From Tubiluchus corallicola (lineage: Eukaryota > Animalia > Priapulida): a stretch of DNA of 64,000 bases. The position numbers and the translations under genes are program-made. Under the pieces are notes generated by a model. It saw only the letters and a program-made list of their open reading frames with translations, was not told where the DNA came from and did no database searches. Positions 12,701 through 25,559 of the stretch are shown here, piece by piece. Every line of letters starts with the position of its first letter. Position 1 is the stretch's first letter. The DNA lies in contig JAQGDQ010000231.1 of the NCBI GenBank assembly GCA_030141605.1, positions 1 through 64,000 of the forward strand, written 5' to 3'.

Positions 12701-13524
12701 TGGTCTGTGTCATTCCTTTCACTGACTTTGTAATTGTAAGCTCACAACTGTTGCCTATGTCATTATTGGCGATGGTAAGAACATCACCGTCAACATCACC
12801 GCCACTATCGCGATAATCATCATCACCGTCATTACATTGTCGTTATCACCATTAATCATCGCAAAGAGCTCCATCTTTCACCGTAACCTCCGCCACACAT
12901 TGACAATGTTATTTGTAAGCGGATTTTTGAAAATAGTAAATTTTAAGCCCGAAATATTTTGTCGTTATATTGACATTTTTTAGACCAAAACTTACATTTA
13001 GAATATTAGAACAAAAATATTCTACTCATTTTACACATTTGTGATGATTCTCTAAGCTTTCAATTCCTGTAACGTTACAAAGCAACCAAACATAATTACC
13101 ATAACATGTCCCTAGATTAAAATTTTATCATTTTTCCTTTTTATTATTAAGAAATTGTTAAATATTACCAGTTTTATTCTGTACGGTTTTAATTAGGAAT
13201 TAACTGTTTGGCAAAATTCAGTTAAAATTTAACAAATTTAGCTCTTGCAAAGTGTGGTATGCTGTTGCTAACGTGTCTCTGAGAATGAAATCATTACGAT
13301 CGTAACGTTTTGCCAAATTAATTTCTAGATCTCTCTACAAAGTACTTGTAATGCGATCAAACAGAATATACCTGAATAAACATGTTTCGTCTGTCATTTG
13401 GTATATTTGTTCTTATGATACTCTCCAACAAGTAGTATTTTTGAACACCTAGAACACAGTTTTCAGCAATCCGCCCTTATACAGTTTTACGTTTCTTGCA
13501 GGAAGTCACAGACGTTCATACACT

Positions 13525-13557
13525 ATGAAGGCGTTAATTGTTTTTCTTATTGTGTCG
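13525..13557 (+). CDS. GRP2 coding exon 1 (MKALIVFLIVS)
   Basis: ATG + 10 codons ending TCG|GTAAGT; acceptor tttcttgcag| at 13501. Confidence 0.9.
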
Positions 13558-13736
13558 GTAAGTAGTATAGCGACATTTAGCCAAAGCACATGAAAAGTTC
13601 AAACACAAAACAGACCGTAAATTTAGGAAATGTATGTAACTCTTAAAATAATGGCACAAAATTACAAATCCACAATTAATTTTACTTTGAAAACAAACTT
13701 TAAAAAAGATGTAACTTTGAAAACGTTGGAACACAG

Positions 13737-13800
13737 TCTGAATTTGAACCAGGGACCTTCTGCTTGCAGACGCAGACGCTAGCATAATAGCTAGACTACC
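13737..13800 (-). mobile_element. Degenerate tRNA-derived SINE head in the GRP2 intron
   Basis: Reverse complement has an A-box-like TAGCTATTATG and B-box GGTTCAAATTC at tRNA-like spacing. Confidence 0.45.
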
Positions 13801-14281
13801 CCTGCAGTCTTTGAATACCCGACGTTGATCTATTGCAGGATGTTTCAACTTTTCCACATTTCATGTTTTTCAAATTTTGGTTTCAAAATAAAATTAATTG
13901 TGTAATTGTGACATCATTAGTAGTAACCTTGCTATTAACATTGCAAATAATTAATGCTTTTGGAAGCTGCACTTGTAGCAAATACTTAAATAGTTTATGT
14001 CTACGTCAGCATCATATGCAGAATCTATTACGCAAATATTGCTTTTAACAAAAAAAACGTTGAGATTAAAATGATGGTCTCCAAAGCTTAATCTTGCTTT
14101 TAAAAATATTCCTCACCGAGAAGCTCTCTTTTCCTTTTGAGACACTCATGCACTTTTTCGTAAATATTCTACAATTTAAACAGCTTATTGCCTTTTTTAC
14201 AAATCCTTGCAAATGTCTTGTGACAAATGCACTGATTAAAAAAGTTCTCTATATTTTAACACACGTCACTATTTTATTTAG

Positions 14282-15286
14282 GTTATGGTTGCTTCAACTT
14301 ACTCAGGAAAAAGCATGACAACAGGTTATGGTAGACGAAGTGGTGGCAATGGCAACCGAGGTCATAGAAGTGGCGGTGGAAGCGGTTATGGTAGCAAAGG
14401 AAGCAACAGTGGCGGCGGAGGAAGAGGCTATGGAAATAGTGGTGGAGGAAGTGGCTATGGTGATGGAGGAAGCGGTTATGGTGGTGGCTGCAGTGGTGGC
14501 AACTGTGGTGGTGGAGGAGGCGGCTATGGCGGAGGAGGAAGTGGATACAATAGTGGAGGAAGTGGCTATGGTGGTGGAGGAAGTGGTTACGGCAGTGGAG
14601 GAAGTGGCTATGGTGGTGGAGGAAGTGGTTATGGTGGTGGCTGCAGTGGTGGCAACTGCGGTGGTGGAGGAGGTGGCTATGGTGGAGGAGGAAGTGGTTA
14701 CGGCAGTGGAGGAAGTGGCTTTGGAAGCAGTGGGTTTGGAAGCAGCTCGTTTGGAAATACTGGTTTTGGCGGCTTTAACAGTGGATTTGGGGGTGGATTT
14801 GGGACAGGGTTTGGCACAGGGTTTGGCACTGGGTTTGGTGGTGGATTTAACTCGTTTGGCAGTGGATTTGGAGGTACAGGCTTTAACAACTTTGGAAGCG
14901 GTTTTGGAAGTGGATTTGGTGGTGGAGGTAGCGGTTATGGAAGCGGAAACACTGGATATGGTGGCGGAGGAAATGGCTACGGTGGTGGAGGTGGAGGATA
15001 TGGTGGTGGAGGTGGCGGACATGGCGGTGGTAGCCATGGATCTGACAAAGGGGGTGGATATGGTGGCGGTAGTCGTGGATATGGCAATGGTGGTGGAGGT
15101 GGCGGATATGGTGGTGGAGGTGGCGGACATGGTGGTGGTAGCCATGGATCTGACAAAGGTGGTGGATATGGTGGCGGTAGTCGTGAATATGGCAAAGGTG
15201 GTGGAGGTGGCGGTAGTCGTGGTGGTCGTGGATATGGCAAAGGTGGCGGAGGTGGCGGATATGGTGGGGGTAGTCGTGGATATTAG
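14282..15286 (+). CDS. GRP2 exon 2: secreted Gly/Ser/Tyr-rich protein (345 aa when spliced) with two CSGGNC motifs, GF block and duplicated GHGGGSHGSDK tail
   Basis: Acceptor ttttatttag|GTT ATG; join gives MKALIVFLIVSVMVASTYS-G; open to TAG at 15284-15286. Confidence 0.9.
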   Translation, partial: VMVASTYSGKSMTTGYGRRSGGNGNRGHRSGGGSGYGSKGSNSGGGGRGYGNSGGGSGYGDGGSGYGGGCSGGNCGGGGGGYGGGGSGYNSGGSGYGGGGSGYGSGGSGYGGGGSGYGGGCSGGNCGGGGGGYGGGGSGYGSGGSGFGSSGFGSSSFGNTGFGGFNSGFGGGFGTGFGTGFGTGFGGGFNSFGSGFGGTGFNNFGSGFGSGFGGGGSGYGSGNTGYGGGGNGYGGGGGGYGGGGGGHGGGSHGSDKGGGYGGGSRGYGNGGGGGGYGGGGGGHGGGSHGSDKGGGYGGGSREYGKGGGGGGSRGGRGYGKGGGGGGYGGGSRGY

Positions 15287-18200
15287 CAAGGGTAGTAATT
15301 TAGTTAATGCAATGTTGAAACGACATAATAACCTGTTTCAACTCGTGGAGCTGTCTTTCATTTTTTCCTGCTGGTTGACTAAATTCTTGATGAATTTCGG
15401 ATACACTGAAACAAAGAAAACGGTTACAAATACATTGTTTACATTTACAATGTCTAAAAGGTAATTGGACTATAATTGAAACTGTATACTTATCGTAAAT
15501 ACAGCCATCAGCAATAGTTTTTGAATTCTTGAAATTCAACTGTTGTAAATTTCTATGTTGTATTGTTAAGTTAAATCACGTTTGTGACTTTTTGAATTGT
15601 TATATTTTGAATCTGTGTAAATGTAAGTATGCAGAATAGAGCTTCTGTTGTTTCCTAGTGCTATATTATGTTACCATATTAATTATGTTGTTACTATGTC
15701 AGTTCATTTAATTTATCTGATATCTGAAATGGCATCTAGAAAAATTTGACTTATAATATATTTGTCTTTACCAAACACTTCGTACTTCAACTGGTGAGAG
15801 TGGTCACTGCGCACAATCGCGTTAATCTTTGGGCTCTTGTCGGAGTAGTCATTCTGTTTTTGAATTGCTGTAGATTTATATTGTTTTGACTGCTATGAAT
15901 TAGGGAAGTTTAACTGTCGTGTGAGAAAAGCGTGTTTATGTAACTATCGTTTATTAAAGAGAATTCAACAACAAATTATTTTGTTTCTATGGATTATTCT
16001 TGTCTACGAAAAAAGAAAAGCTTAATTAGGCTGCTGCTTGCGGCAGCATATACCGCACATCAAATAAATAACGTTCAAGCAAACACAAGTTCTTACACCT
16101 CTTATTCGAACGTTCTTAATTTATTTTCGTCGAAATAGATTGATGGGTATCTTTCCTTTATTCGCAGACAAACAGGTTCCCGGTTTATCACTGCGTTTAT
16201 AAGAATATTCCTAAGATCGATCTTACGAAAAAACTTGCGAACTTCGTAAGAACTCTTAACTGCCATTCATTAATTGTTCTTACAATGATTTTACGAAAAT
16301 GCTTACTAAAGGGCAGCTCAGCGGTTGGAGTGGCTAAATGTTGCTGTTGGCCAATGTGATGCAAATTTTGATGCATTTTATGAACGCAATCATTTTTAAA
16401 CACAGTGCTATTATACTGCATTAATGTTAATTCAAATACTAATAAAATACTTTCCTTTGCCATTTCTTTATATAGAAAATGTGCGTGTGTTCTGTTCTTG
16501 CGAAAATAAATGCAGAATAGCTGTCTTACTTACAAGTTTAATTCTATCATTAGCTTAACTTTTAGAAGCTTGATGCAATTATTTATTTTTTCGTTCTATC
16601 AATTTTTCGCATTGCTCGTTAAAAATAAGCAATTGTCGATATTTTAAGCCCCTTCCCTATTTTTCACATGCACTTTCTCTTTCGCCCTGCTCATCTTTCT
16701 TGTATTATTTTCTCCGCGATTTTCCATAGAAAAACAGAGTTATTTTTTACTTAAAATGTGTAAAATTTCCAAAAGAATATTTGTAACAGTTAAAATTTTT
16801 CAAAAACTATTAAATAGCAATTCTGGTCAGTAGTCGGATGTATAAACATTCAAGCCAGTTTATAAAATTTAATTCTGCAGAAAAGGACAGTTCTCTTCGG
16901 AATGATCACGCCACAAGCTTCTGAATTCCATTCCATTCTCCCGTAGTCTCATCGTATTTTGTACAGCAACATCATTAAACATACAATATCTGTCAGCTTG
17001 GCTATTGTGCCTAGTGTTATTCGGCGGTACTGTTCCATCCGATGGACTGAGTTTCGATCGGAAGTGGTGCTGACAAGCCACTAGCAGAGCAGCGACTAGT
17101 TTTTTCTGGATTACTGCTGTGGTTACAGCTTTCTTTTGTTTTACGTGCACCCTTTAATTTGCATGTTCTGTAGACATAATGGCGAATATTTTCGTTCTTA
17201 TATTAGCATCAGACCTATTTGCCATTGCGCTCAAGACAACTGAATACAAAAGAAAAATTTGTGAAAAATGTACAGGCCTAGATGTATTTCATGTGGAAGA
17301 GTAGGCTAATGAAATGCGATGTTACACGAGAACTAAAACAGTTGCTAAACTTTCAGAAGATCTCAGACATTAACCTCATTTCTCACTTCATTCTCTTTCA
17401 GGTATTCATCTAATTGTAAGTCTATCTGTCTGTCTGTCGTTCTGCTGTCATTTTTACTAAACATCGAAATTCATGCACTTTCGCTTTTCGCTTAACCCGC
17501 TTGCATTGTTTTTGTTTATTTGTTTGTTTGCACATACGTCTTGTCTTAATGAAAGCAAAATAGCGACCCACAAACCAATGTACAAATGAAATTTTAGCAA
17601 AATAGGTTACCGTTTATATACTAATAGGTTTAAACGGCAAGTCTATTCAAGAAAGAACTCTTTGTGACGTTAGTAAGATTTCTGAGCGCTTCGTCCGTAT
17701 TATTAATTTTTTTGCTTGAAAACAATTCAGCGAGGCATTCATGTTGTCATTAACTGAGTCGATGTTGCTGAATTCACAAACTATATAATTAGTCATGTGA
17801 ATGATACCTTAATAATTGGTTGAACAAGAAAGCATTGAAATTAATCGAATTTCTAGTTTCTTGACCTATAAGAATTTTGTGTTAGCGAAATTATTTCAGC
17901 TATACATTTGATTGTAAAATTAAAAAGTATTTTTCTGTTTTCCTTAAATTTTGTAAGCATTAGTTGGCAGCAGAATTGCAAAGTACATTTGGCTCAAGTT
18001 TCTGTATTTTTGATATGTATGGTATTTTGCCACAGCATGAGCATTGTAAATTCAGGTTGTTCTTTATAGATTTGAATTCAACTTATATATTGTAATTTTA
18101 GTTATCGAATTGGCTGTGATTGCCCGGCACAGCTTTTAAATTAAATTGGGTTAGATTAGATTAGATCGGATGGTCGTTTATAGTGACTACTAGGCCATAT

Positions 18201-19586
18201 GTATAAATACTTCGACAGACTTTTTTACCTGCCGTAGATTTCTGCAAGCTGTTAATGCAAGAGAATTGTACAAATGTTTTCAGTTACTGTACAAGTGTTT
18301 TCAGTTGTGCAAGTCATTTTGAAAGTGAAAAAATGCTCTACTTCTCAAAATGGCACTTGCGCATTACAAGCGATGGTTTTTTCCACTAATATTGTTAAGA
18401 CTTTTCTACTCCTTTGTGCCCAAAATTTGCTTATATTAATATAGCAAGCTAGCAAAGCGCAGTGACCAGGAGAAAAATTAGAGCAAATGACACTTAAATT
18501 TAATATAGCTGAGGGCAATACAGTAGCAGTTGGAACTTAGAACTGCTTGTTTTAATTTGTCACCATCGAAGCAACTTGCAAACGTGAAACAATTCGTAAA
18601 TTCAATGTTACGAATTTCTTAAACTAGCGACTGTTGGCAGAGACAACAGTTCAAACAGTCGTTTTATTTGTTCCTTTCCTTATTTTTGCGTAAAATAAAG
18701 TTTGCTTTATCAATTAAAATAGGTTACAAATTGCAGAACACATACATTCACAATTATTAGCATGCAGAGTTATAAAGGTGTTGGACAATCACTCGTAGGT
18801 TGCAATTTCGCACCTCAGTAAGACCTAATTTTTCGGCTCGTCTGAAATTCCTTTGTTCCCTGAAACGTTAAACAAATTGTAATTTTTGGTCTCTTAAGAG
18901 GAAAGAGGAAACCGAAATCATGATTTATAGAGCTGCTTTCTGCAATTAGAGAATATTATCTTAAGCCTGATTGCGTGATTCAGTGTTTCGGATATTAATA
19001 TAGCATTTCGACCATTTTAAAATTTTAAAAGCGATCTTTTGACTTAACAAATCTTCGTCATTACTGATTATAATTGTAACTTTTGAAGACTGTGCTGACA
19101 GCTTGTCTTTCTTAATTTCACTCAATTTTTTCACTGAACTGATTTTAACTGTTGTAAATTTTTGTTCGAAACCATTCCGCTGTCTTTTCCTTCTTTTGTT
19201 TTTTGTTTTTTCTTTGTTTCCTTCTTACCTTCTTTTGCTTCTCTTTCTTTTTTCTAATCGTGTCTTAAAGGTACTTGCTACTTCTAAAGGTGATGACACA
19301 GCCTAGAAATGACACTTAAATGTGGGTAAATTTATTTTCGGCTTAATTACAGCGTTTTAACATGCCTGTTGAAGGTTTCGTGGGTTACTGGAACTCAAAC
19401 TGTGAACAGAGTCGTTAAACAAAAGCACAAGCACAAACTGTGACAAATAGCAGACACTTTTGTTTTCGTATGCATAATGATGGCGACCCATCTTTTTTTG
19501 ACGGTAACACAGTTAAAATAGACATTATTGACATGAAAATCGGATGTTGGAAGTGGAGTGGAACACACATATATATATAAGGCTCT

Positions 19587-19700
19587 TATATAAGGCCAAC
19601 ATAACGAATTTTTTAAAGAGTGATCAGCTTAGGCACTTAAAACGAGATTTACTGGTTTGCATTGGAACTATCGTAAGCATCATCGTAAGTTATTGTAAGT
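19587..19700 (+). promoter_or_regulatory. Putative GRP3 promoter (TATA) and non-coding first exon with three tandem donors
   Basis: TATATAAG at ~19587, Inr-like TCAG at ~19624, GTAAGC/GTAAGT/GTAAGT at 19673, 19685 and 19695; acceptor ttttacag| at 20214. Confidence 0.5.
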
Positions 19701-20233
19701 AAACTTTAACAGTAAAAAAGATAGCTTATTGGCGATTGTTAATTGTCATTGGTACTATTGGTCTTTTCTTTCATATTAATGTTATAAGAGCCTATAGGAC
19801 ACGTTTCTAGAGGCGCGTTGTTAATTTTATCATTGAGTTACAAAATTGTTGAAATAAATCAAATTAATCATTTACAGATACTTTGTACTTTGATTTAGTT
19901 AGGAAATAATTTTATTTATTTATTTATTTTATTTTATTTTATTTCCTCCTGCTTTGTTTTTTGCCCCTTCTATTGTACCGCCTTCTCGCTCGTCCTTTCC
20001 TTCTACTATCGTTGGTCTGACATTGTCATAAATATTGTTCATCAAAATCATTTTCATCACTGTCACCACAAATTCCTTATGCGCTTGTTATTTCTTTTAT
20101 TTGGAATCTAAGATTCCCATCTCACTGATTTATTATTGACATTGAAAATAGTTTTAAAATGCAGTTGAAGCACATTAAAACCATTAATGTATATGAATAT
20201 AATAGCTTTTACAGGTTAACAAAGAGTAACGCC

Positions 20234-20266
20234 ATGAAGACGCTCATCTTCCTCTTCGTTTTGTCG
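20234..20266 (+). CDS. GRP3 coding exon 1 (MKTLIFLFVLS)
   Basis: 10 of 11 aa identical to GRP1 exon 1; GCCATG context; TCG|GTAAGT donor. Confidence 0.9.
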
Positions 20267-21232
20267 GTAAGTTGCGTAGAAATTTAAGACATTCTTATTA
20301 ATAAAGCATTCAAAGCTGCAAACTCAGCAAAACAAGTTCTAAATTTAGACACAATCAAGCCTCCTGCTAGAAATCAAAATATTTTAATGTAAACCTCCAG
20401 TAATGTTGTTCTTAACCGCCTAAACAAAAATGTTTTGTAATTTTGGTCGTAGGAGTGGGAATGCTAGGCATGCGAACAACTGCTTCTCACCCAGACAGAA
20501 TGTCCTATTAACTCATAAGCCACAAGATAATTGTATTACAATTGCTGATGTTTAGAAAGTTGTATTATATTATTTGCGACTATAGTGATTCTTGTAATAC
20601 TGTAATTACGTTTTTACCAAAATACTCAAAAAGTAAATGATTTGAATTATCAAGACTATCACTCATTCTTCGCCATCGAGAAGCAAAGGTTTATTTTCTT
20701 ATGTGTTTCATATCGTTTGCCTAAGGCTCTCTAATCATTCTATTTTTCCGTGTTACATGGAAACTGTTACTTAGTTTAACTTACTTTAACTGTTACTTAG
20801 CAATATGCTTGGAAGAAATTCCACGGTCCTATTGAGAAGATTCCAACACCAGAAGCGAAAATATGCAAGTTCTTTAAGAGGGTCTCTATTTTCCTTATGA
20901 ATCCGCATAAAATACACGCTCTACTGAAAGACACCAACATTCCAACAAGCCTAGTAAAAGACTTCTTTTCCCTTTATGAAAGACTGCAGTACCATGTTAA
21001 AAAACCCCTTATTCAAAACTTTCAAAGGTTACAATTATAAATGAACGTTGTGATGCAGCTCTTGTAGCCCTCCTGTAAAATATTTCATACTCTTTGTAGT
21101 ACGCTTTTTGATTTTATGGCTTCATGACTTCACGACTCCATTGCCGTTGCACGGAAATTTCAGAATGCTTATTTGCTTGCTTGCTTTGTGTTATTTGCTT
21201 TTCAATGTCCTGATAGTGTATAATTTTCCTAG

Positions 21233-22018
21233 GTAATGGTAGTTTCCAGTTCATCGTCTGGCGCTGGTTACAGAAATAATAGAAGTTATTATGGCCCGGC
21301 ACAAAACCATGGAAGAAAAGGAGGCGGTGGCTGTACTGGCTATGGCTGCGGCAGCAGAGGAAGCGGCTACGGAGGCGGTTGCAGAGGTGGCAATTGTGGC
21401 GGTGGAGGAAGCGGCTATGGAGGCGGTTGTAGAGGTGGCAATTGTGGTGGTGGAGGAAGCGGCTATGGAGGGGGCGGAGGAAACGGCTACGGAGGCGGTT
21501 GCAGAGGTGGCAATTGTGGCGGTGGAGGAAGCGGCTATGGAGGCGGTTGTAGAGGTGGCAATTGTGGTGGTGGAGGAAGCGGCTATGGAAGGGGCGGAGG
21601 AAACGGCTACGGAGGCGGTTGTAGAGGTGGCAATTGTGGTGGTGGAGGAAGCGGCCATGGAGGTGGAAGAAGTGGATACGGAGGTGGTCATGGTGGCATT
21701 GGTGGATTTGGTGGCTTCGGTGGCTTTGGCGGCTTTGGCGGCTTTGGCGGTTTTGGCAGTGGCTCTGGCGGATTTGGGAACTTTGGCGGTACTGGCTATG
21801 GTGGTGGTGGTGGAAGCGGTCATGGGGGTGGAGGAAGTGGCTATGGTGGTGGTTGTAGCGGGTATGGCTGCGGTGGTGGTGGTGGAAGCGGCTACGGAGG
21901 TGGTAATAGAGGGAAATTTGGTGGAGGAAGAGGCTATGGTGGTGGCTGTAGTGGGCATAATTGTGGTAGCAGTGGAAGTGGTTATGGGGGTGGAAATAAA
22001 AATCGTGGTTACTGGTAG
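21233..22018 (+). CDS. GRP3 exon 2: secreted Gly/Cys/Tyr-rich protein (272 aa when spliced), 5x GGGCRGGNCGGGGSG, (GGF)6 block
   Basis: Acceptor attttcctag|GTA ATG; join gives MKTLIFLFVLSVMVVSSSS; ends NRGYW-TAG; AATAAA at 22445. Confidence 0.9.
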   Translation, partial: VMVVSSSSSGAGYRNNRSYYGPAQNHGRKGGGGCTGYGCGSRGSGYGGGCRGGNCGGGGSGYGGGCRGGNCGGGGSGYGGGGGNGYGGGCRGGNCGGGGSGYGGGCRGGNCGGGGSGYGRGGGNGYGGGCRGGNCGGGGSGHGGGRSGYGGGHGGIGGFGGFGGFGGFGGFGGFGSGSGGFGNFGGTGYGGGGGSGHGGGGSGYGGGCSGYGCGGGGGSGYGGGNRGKFGGGRGYGGGCSGHNCGSSGSGYGGGNKNRGYW

Positions 22019-22709
22019 GCATATTTTGAGAACTCTATTTGATCTGTGTTTCAGACTACCGCGTTTCAACATTTAGTAAAGTATGAACCATTTGTTAGTG
22101 GATTAACGTTAAACTCTCAATTGCAACAGCCGGAAACGTTTACGACGCTTGTTAATTGTTAAATTTAATTGTTAAGTATAAATGTATATTCAGTTACAGC
22201 CGTCTAGTCCCGTTTCTAATATAAACTACTGTGTTTTGCCTTATTATTTATTCGTTTTTATGTCAATAATTAATGTTATCTGTAAATTATAACAGATGAA
22301 TTTGTAAAACAATGCTGCCTGTTGTAGAGTGCGATATTATTATAGTCTGCAGTTAACAAGAATCTGTTTATTTTTCTTGCAAGTCATGTTGACTCGTCAA
22401 AAACAAACAAACCATAATTGTACTTTTCTGTATCTTTCATAAATAATAAATAGACTGGTGATTGTAAATATGCAATACAGGCGTGTTGGGGTTTTGCAAT
22501 ATAAATCACAATTGTCCAGACTTAACAACAGGCATTAGCCTTTAGAACAGGGTTTTATCTACGTTGCTTTAACCAGTTTAACAAACTGACAAAATAGATT
22601 TTATGTAATGATAGTGCCGCCATTAAAATGCAATTAACCTGAGAAAATGAGTGGTCTGACATTCCGTTCTACAATTTTCTTACTAAAATTAGTCAGTTGA
22701 TTATAAGAA

Positions 22710-23485
22710 GTGGAACAACAAGAAGGACAACAGCAGCAATAACAAAAATAACAACAATAGTGATAACGATAAAGACAACAGCGACAGCGGCAGCGACAAT
22801 GACATTAATGAAAACAACAGTCGTAAAGACAGCGGCGGCGACAGTGACATTAATAAAAGCAACAGCAGCGCTGGTGGCATTGGTGGCTCCCAATGACCAT
22901 GACTACAACAGCAACAATAACATAAGCAGCAACAGCAGCAATACAACTACAATAAGTACAACAACATTCATTAGAGTAGTGGCAACAAAACGCAACAGAA
23001 GCAGCAGCAGCAGAAGTGGCAATAACGGCGGCAGTAAAAATAACAACAGCAGCAGCAGCAGCAGCAATAGCAGTAGCAATAATAGCATCAACAACAGCAA
23101 CGGCAAGAGCAACAGCAACAACAACGACAGCAACAATGACATCGGCAAACAAGGCATATGACCATTGTAATGGCAACGGTCACGGCATCAACAATGACTA
23201 TGATGGCAACAACGACGACGACAATATTTCAAGAACAAGAAGACGACGCCAACCAATAATAATAAACAATGGTCTATTATATTAAAAGCATATTATAAAA
23301 GCATTATAACTATGCATGTGTATAACTATAACGACGACGGCAACTATAACAACAACGGCAATTACACACAATAGTCCACTATATTAAAAGCATAGCATAA
23401 CAGCAATTATAATTATGCATATGTATAACTTTAACGACGACGGCGACTATAACAACAACAATGACGACAACAACAAAAACACACA
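22710..23485. repeat. CAA/CAG/GAC low-complexity tract with a ~100-bp terminal duplication
   Basis: Degenerate trinucleotide runs; TATATTAAAAGCAT...TATGCAT..GTATAACT..AACGACGACGGC occurs twice (23278, 23379). Confidence 0.8.
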
Positions 23486-23982
23486 ATAGTTATTATATTA
23501 AATTCATTGTTGCGATTTAACAAAAGGAAAACAACTATCATTCTTACTATTTCTGTAAACGAGAGTTCAGTTATAATTGCTTTATACTTGGGTCAGACGC
23601 ATGAGTTGCATACTAATGTGTGCTTTAATATATTTAAGTATTATATAGAAAATTTACAGTCTGTAATCATAACTTTCGATGAAAGCCGTCAGCTATATTA
23701 ATATTGCCGCTGATTAAGAAAAGAAAGTCACCTTTTAACAAGGTGCTCTCACTTTTCACTTCAACAGTAACCCAGTTAAATGAACAAGAAAACGTGAGTC
23801 CGATAACCAGTCGATGAACCGAAACTTCATTATATAAATGTAAAACTGTTAGTGCCAAAGGGTTGACTAGTCTGTGTAAAGTATATGCAGGAGCATCTAC
23901 AAGGTCTATTTAAGAAGGTAAAGAATTATTAATTATCATTATAAAATCAAGGAGTGAGAATTAAATTATAAGTATACAACTG

Positions 23983-24215
23983 AAAGTACCCATCAAAGAG
24001 AGATACAATAGAAAAACGAGAACAAAATCATTTTTGTAGAATCTCTCTCTGATGGTGCTTCTACTTGTAAACTTGCAACTTAATTTTCACTCTTTATATT
24101 TCGTAAAAGTTGAACTGTTAGCTTAATTTTCACTCTTTTGAGTTTGTAGAACTTGTAGAAAAGTAGAACTTTAGAAGTACCAACAGAAAGAGAGAGATAT
24201 CCTATTAAAAATGTG
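23983..24215. repeat. Short inverted/direct repeat cluster, MITE-like remnant
   Basis: AAGTACCCATCAAAGAGAGATAC vs its inverse ATCTCTCTCTGATGGTGCTT (24041-24060) and a direct copy at 24176. Confidence 0.45.
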
Positions 24216-24731
24216 AAAACATTCTACTTGCATTTTTATTAATTTTAAACAACATTGTTTTTGTAATGTTTTTAGTGTGCCGTGATAATTTTAGCATAAT
24301 AAATTCTTAATTGTGTTTTTTACTTCTATAACATAACAACATTATGGAAATTATCCTCAGAGTTTTTAATGTTTTGCATTAATTATGTAATACAACATTA
24401 ATTATTTGTTGTGCTACTGACTTGCGAAGACTGTAATATTACTCTGTAGTATTGACAAATAAAATCAAGTTGAATTGAAAAAATACAAATACCGGAATTA
24501 TAAGAATTTGAAACATTTCTCCCATTCTCTAAAACCCCAATAAGAGGCTTTTGAGTTGAGTTCTTTGTTTCTAACCTCTTCTCCTCTTAATTTTCTTTCA
24601 TCTTCTTCTCATCATTTTTCTTCTTTTTCTTGTTTTCGGCCAACCAATTCATTTATCTGGAATAGATCAACAGCATTTTTTCAGATATTACATTGGTATC
24701 TTGGAGTTAGTATTATTCGTCGCAGTTCCAA

Positions 24732-24877
<146 letters not shown>

Positions 24878-25352
24878 TTTTTTATTTTTCTCCATAAATT
24901 TACATTAATTTAACAATAAAACATACTGAAATATAGTGTTGCAACGTTAAATATTTCGTATTTATACATTTGAAAAGCCAATATTAATACTTGTCCTGGA
25001 TAGTCACGTCTATCGCTTTTCATAGAGAGAAGTGCTGTATATTGCATATACCTCCGAACATGGCTGAAACAGCTCTATCGTGTAGTAGTTCGAAACTCAC
25101 ATTAGACCATTTTTAGGCTGCGTAATTGATTCTACTCATTACACGAGTGAAATTTTTAGCTTATAGTTTAAACAGTATCATCTTGACTTTTTTGTAACTA
25201 GGCACAAACAGTTTTACGGTAAGTATGTGAGATCCAATGCAAAGTGTCTTTTGATACACTCCCCAGTTGCTATAACCAAACTCTTCGCTGTATTTTTCAT
25301 TATAAGTTTTTATGACTTCTTTTTTAGCCATTGACTGCTACCAAACCACAGG

Positions 25353-25379
25353 ATGAGTATTACCATACTTGTCTTATTG
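25353..25379 (+). CDS. GRP4 coding exon 1 (MSITILVLL)
   Basis: ATG + 8 codons then TTG|GTAAGT; acceptor ttttttag| at 25327 and upstream donor ACG|GTAAGT at 25219 (109-nt UTR intron). Confidence 0.8.
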
Positions 25380-25559
25380 GTAAGTTCTTTTCTGTTTTTA
25401 TAAAATTGTCTATTAACGAAAAGTAGAAAAAATGTAGGAGTCAGGCCTACACAAATAATATAAAATGGGTCAAGACGTTAATGTACACTATTTCATAAGT
25501 CACTCGCAAGAAATCCAGAAAATTACTCTGTAGTCTCAAATTTTATTTCAGACAAAAGA

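Noticed and set aside
14320-14345. GYG-RR and other dibasic sites in the GRPs suggesting neuropeptide precursors
   Set aside because: Sites are sparse and do not flank repeated peptides; limited processing cannot be excluded
22693-23285. Asn/Ser/Thr/Ala-rich ORFs downstream of GRP3 as another cluster member
   Set aside because: CAA/CAG simple-sequence tract open in several frames; no signal exon or convincing acceptor
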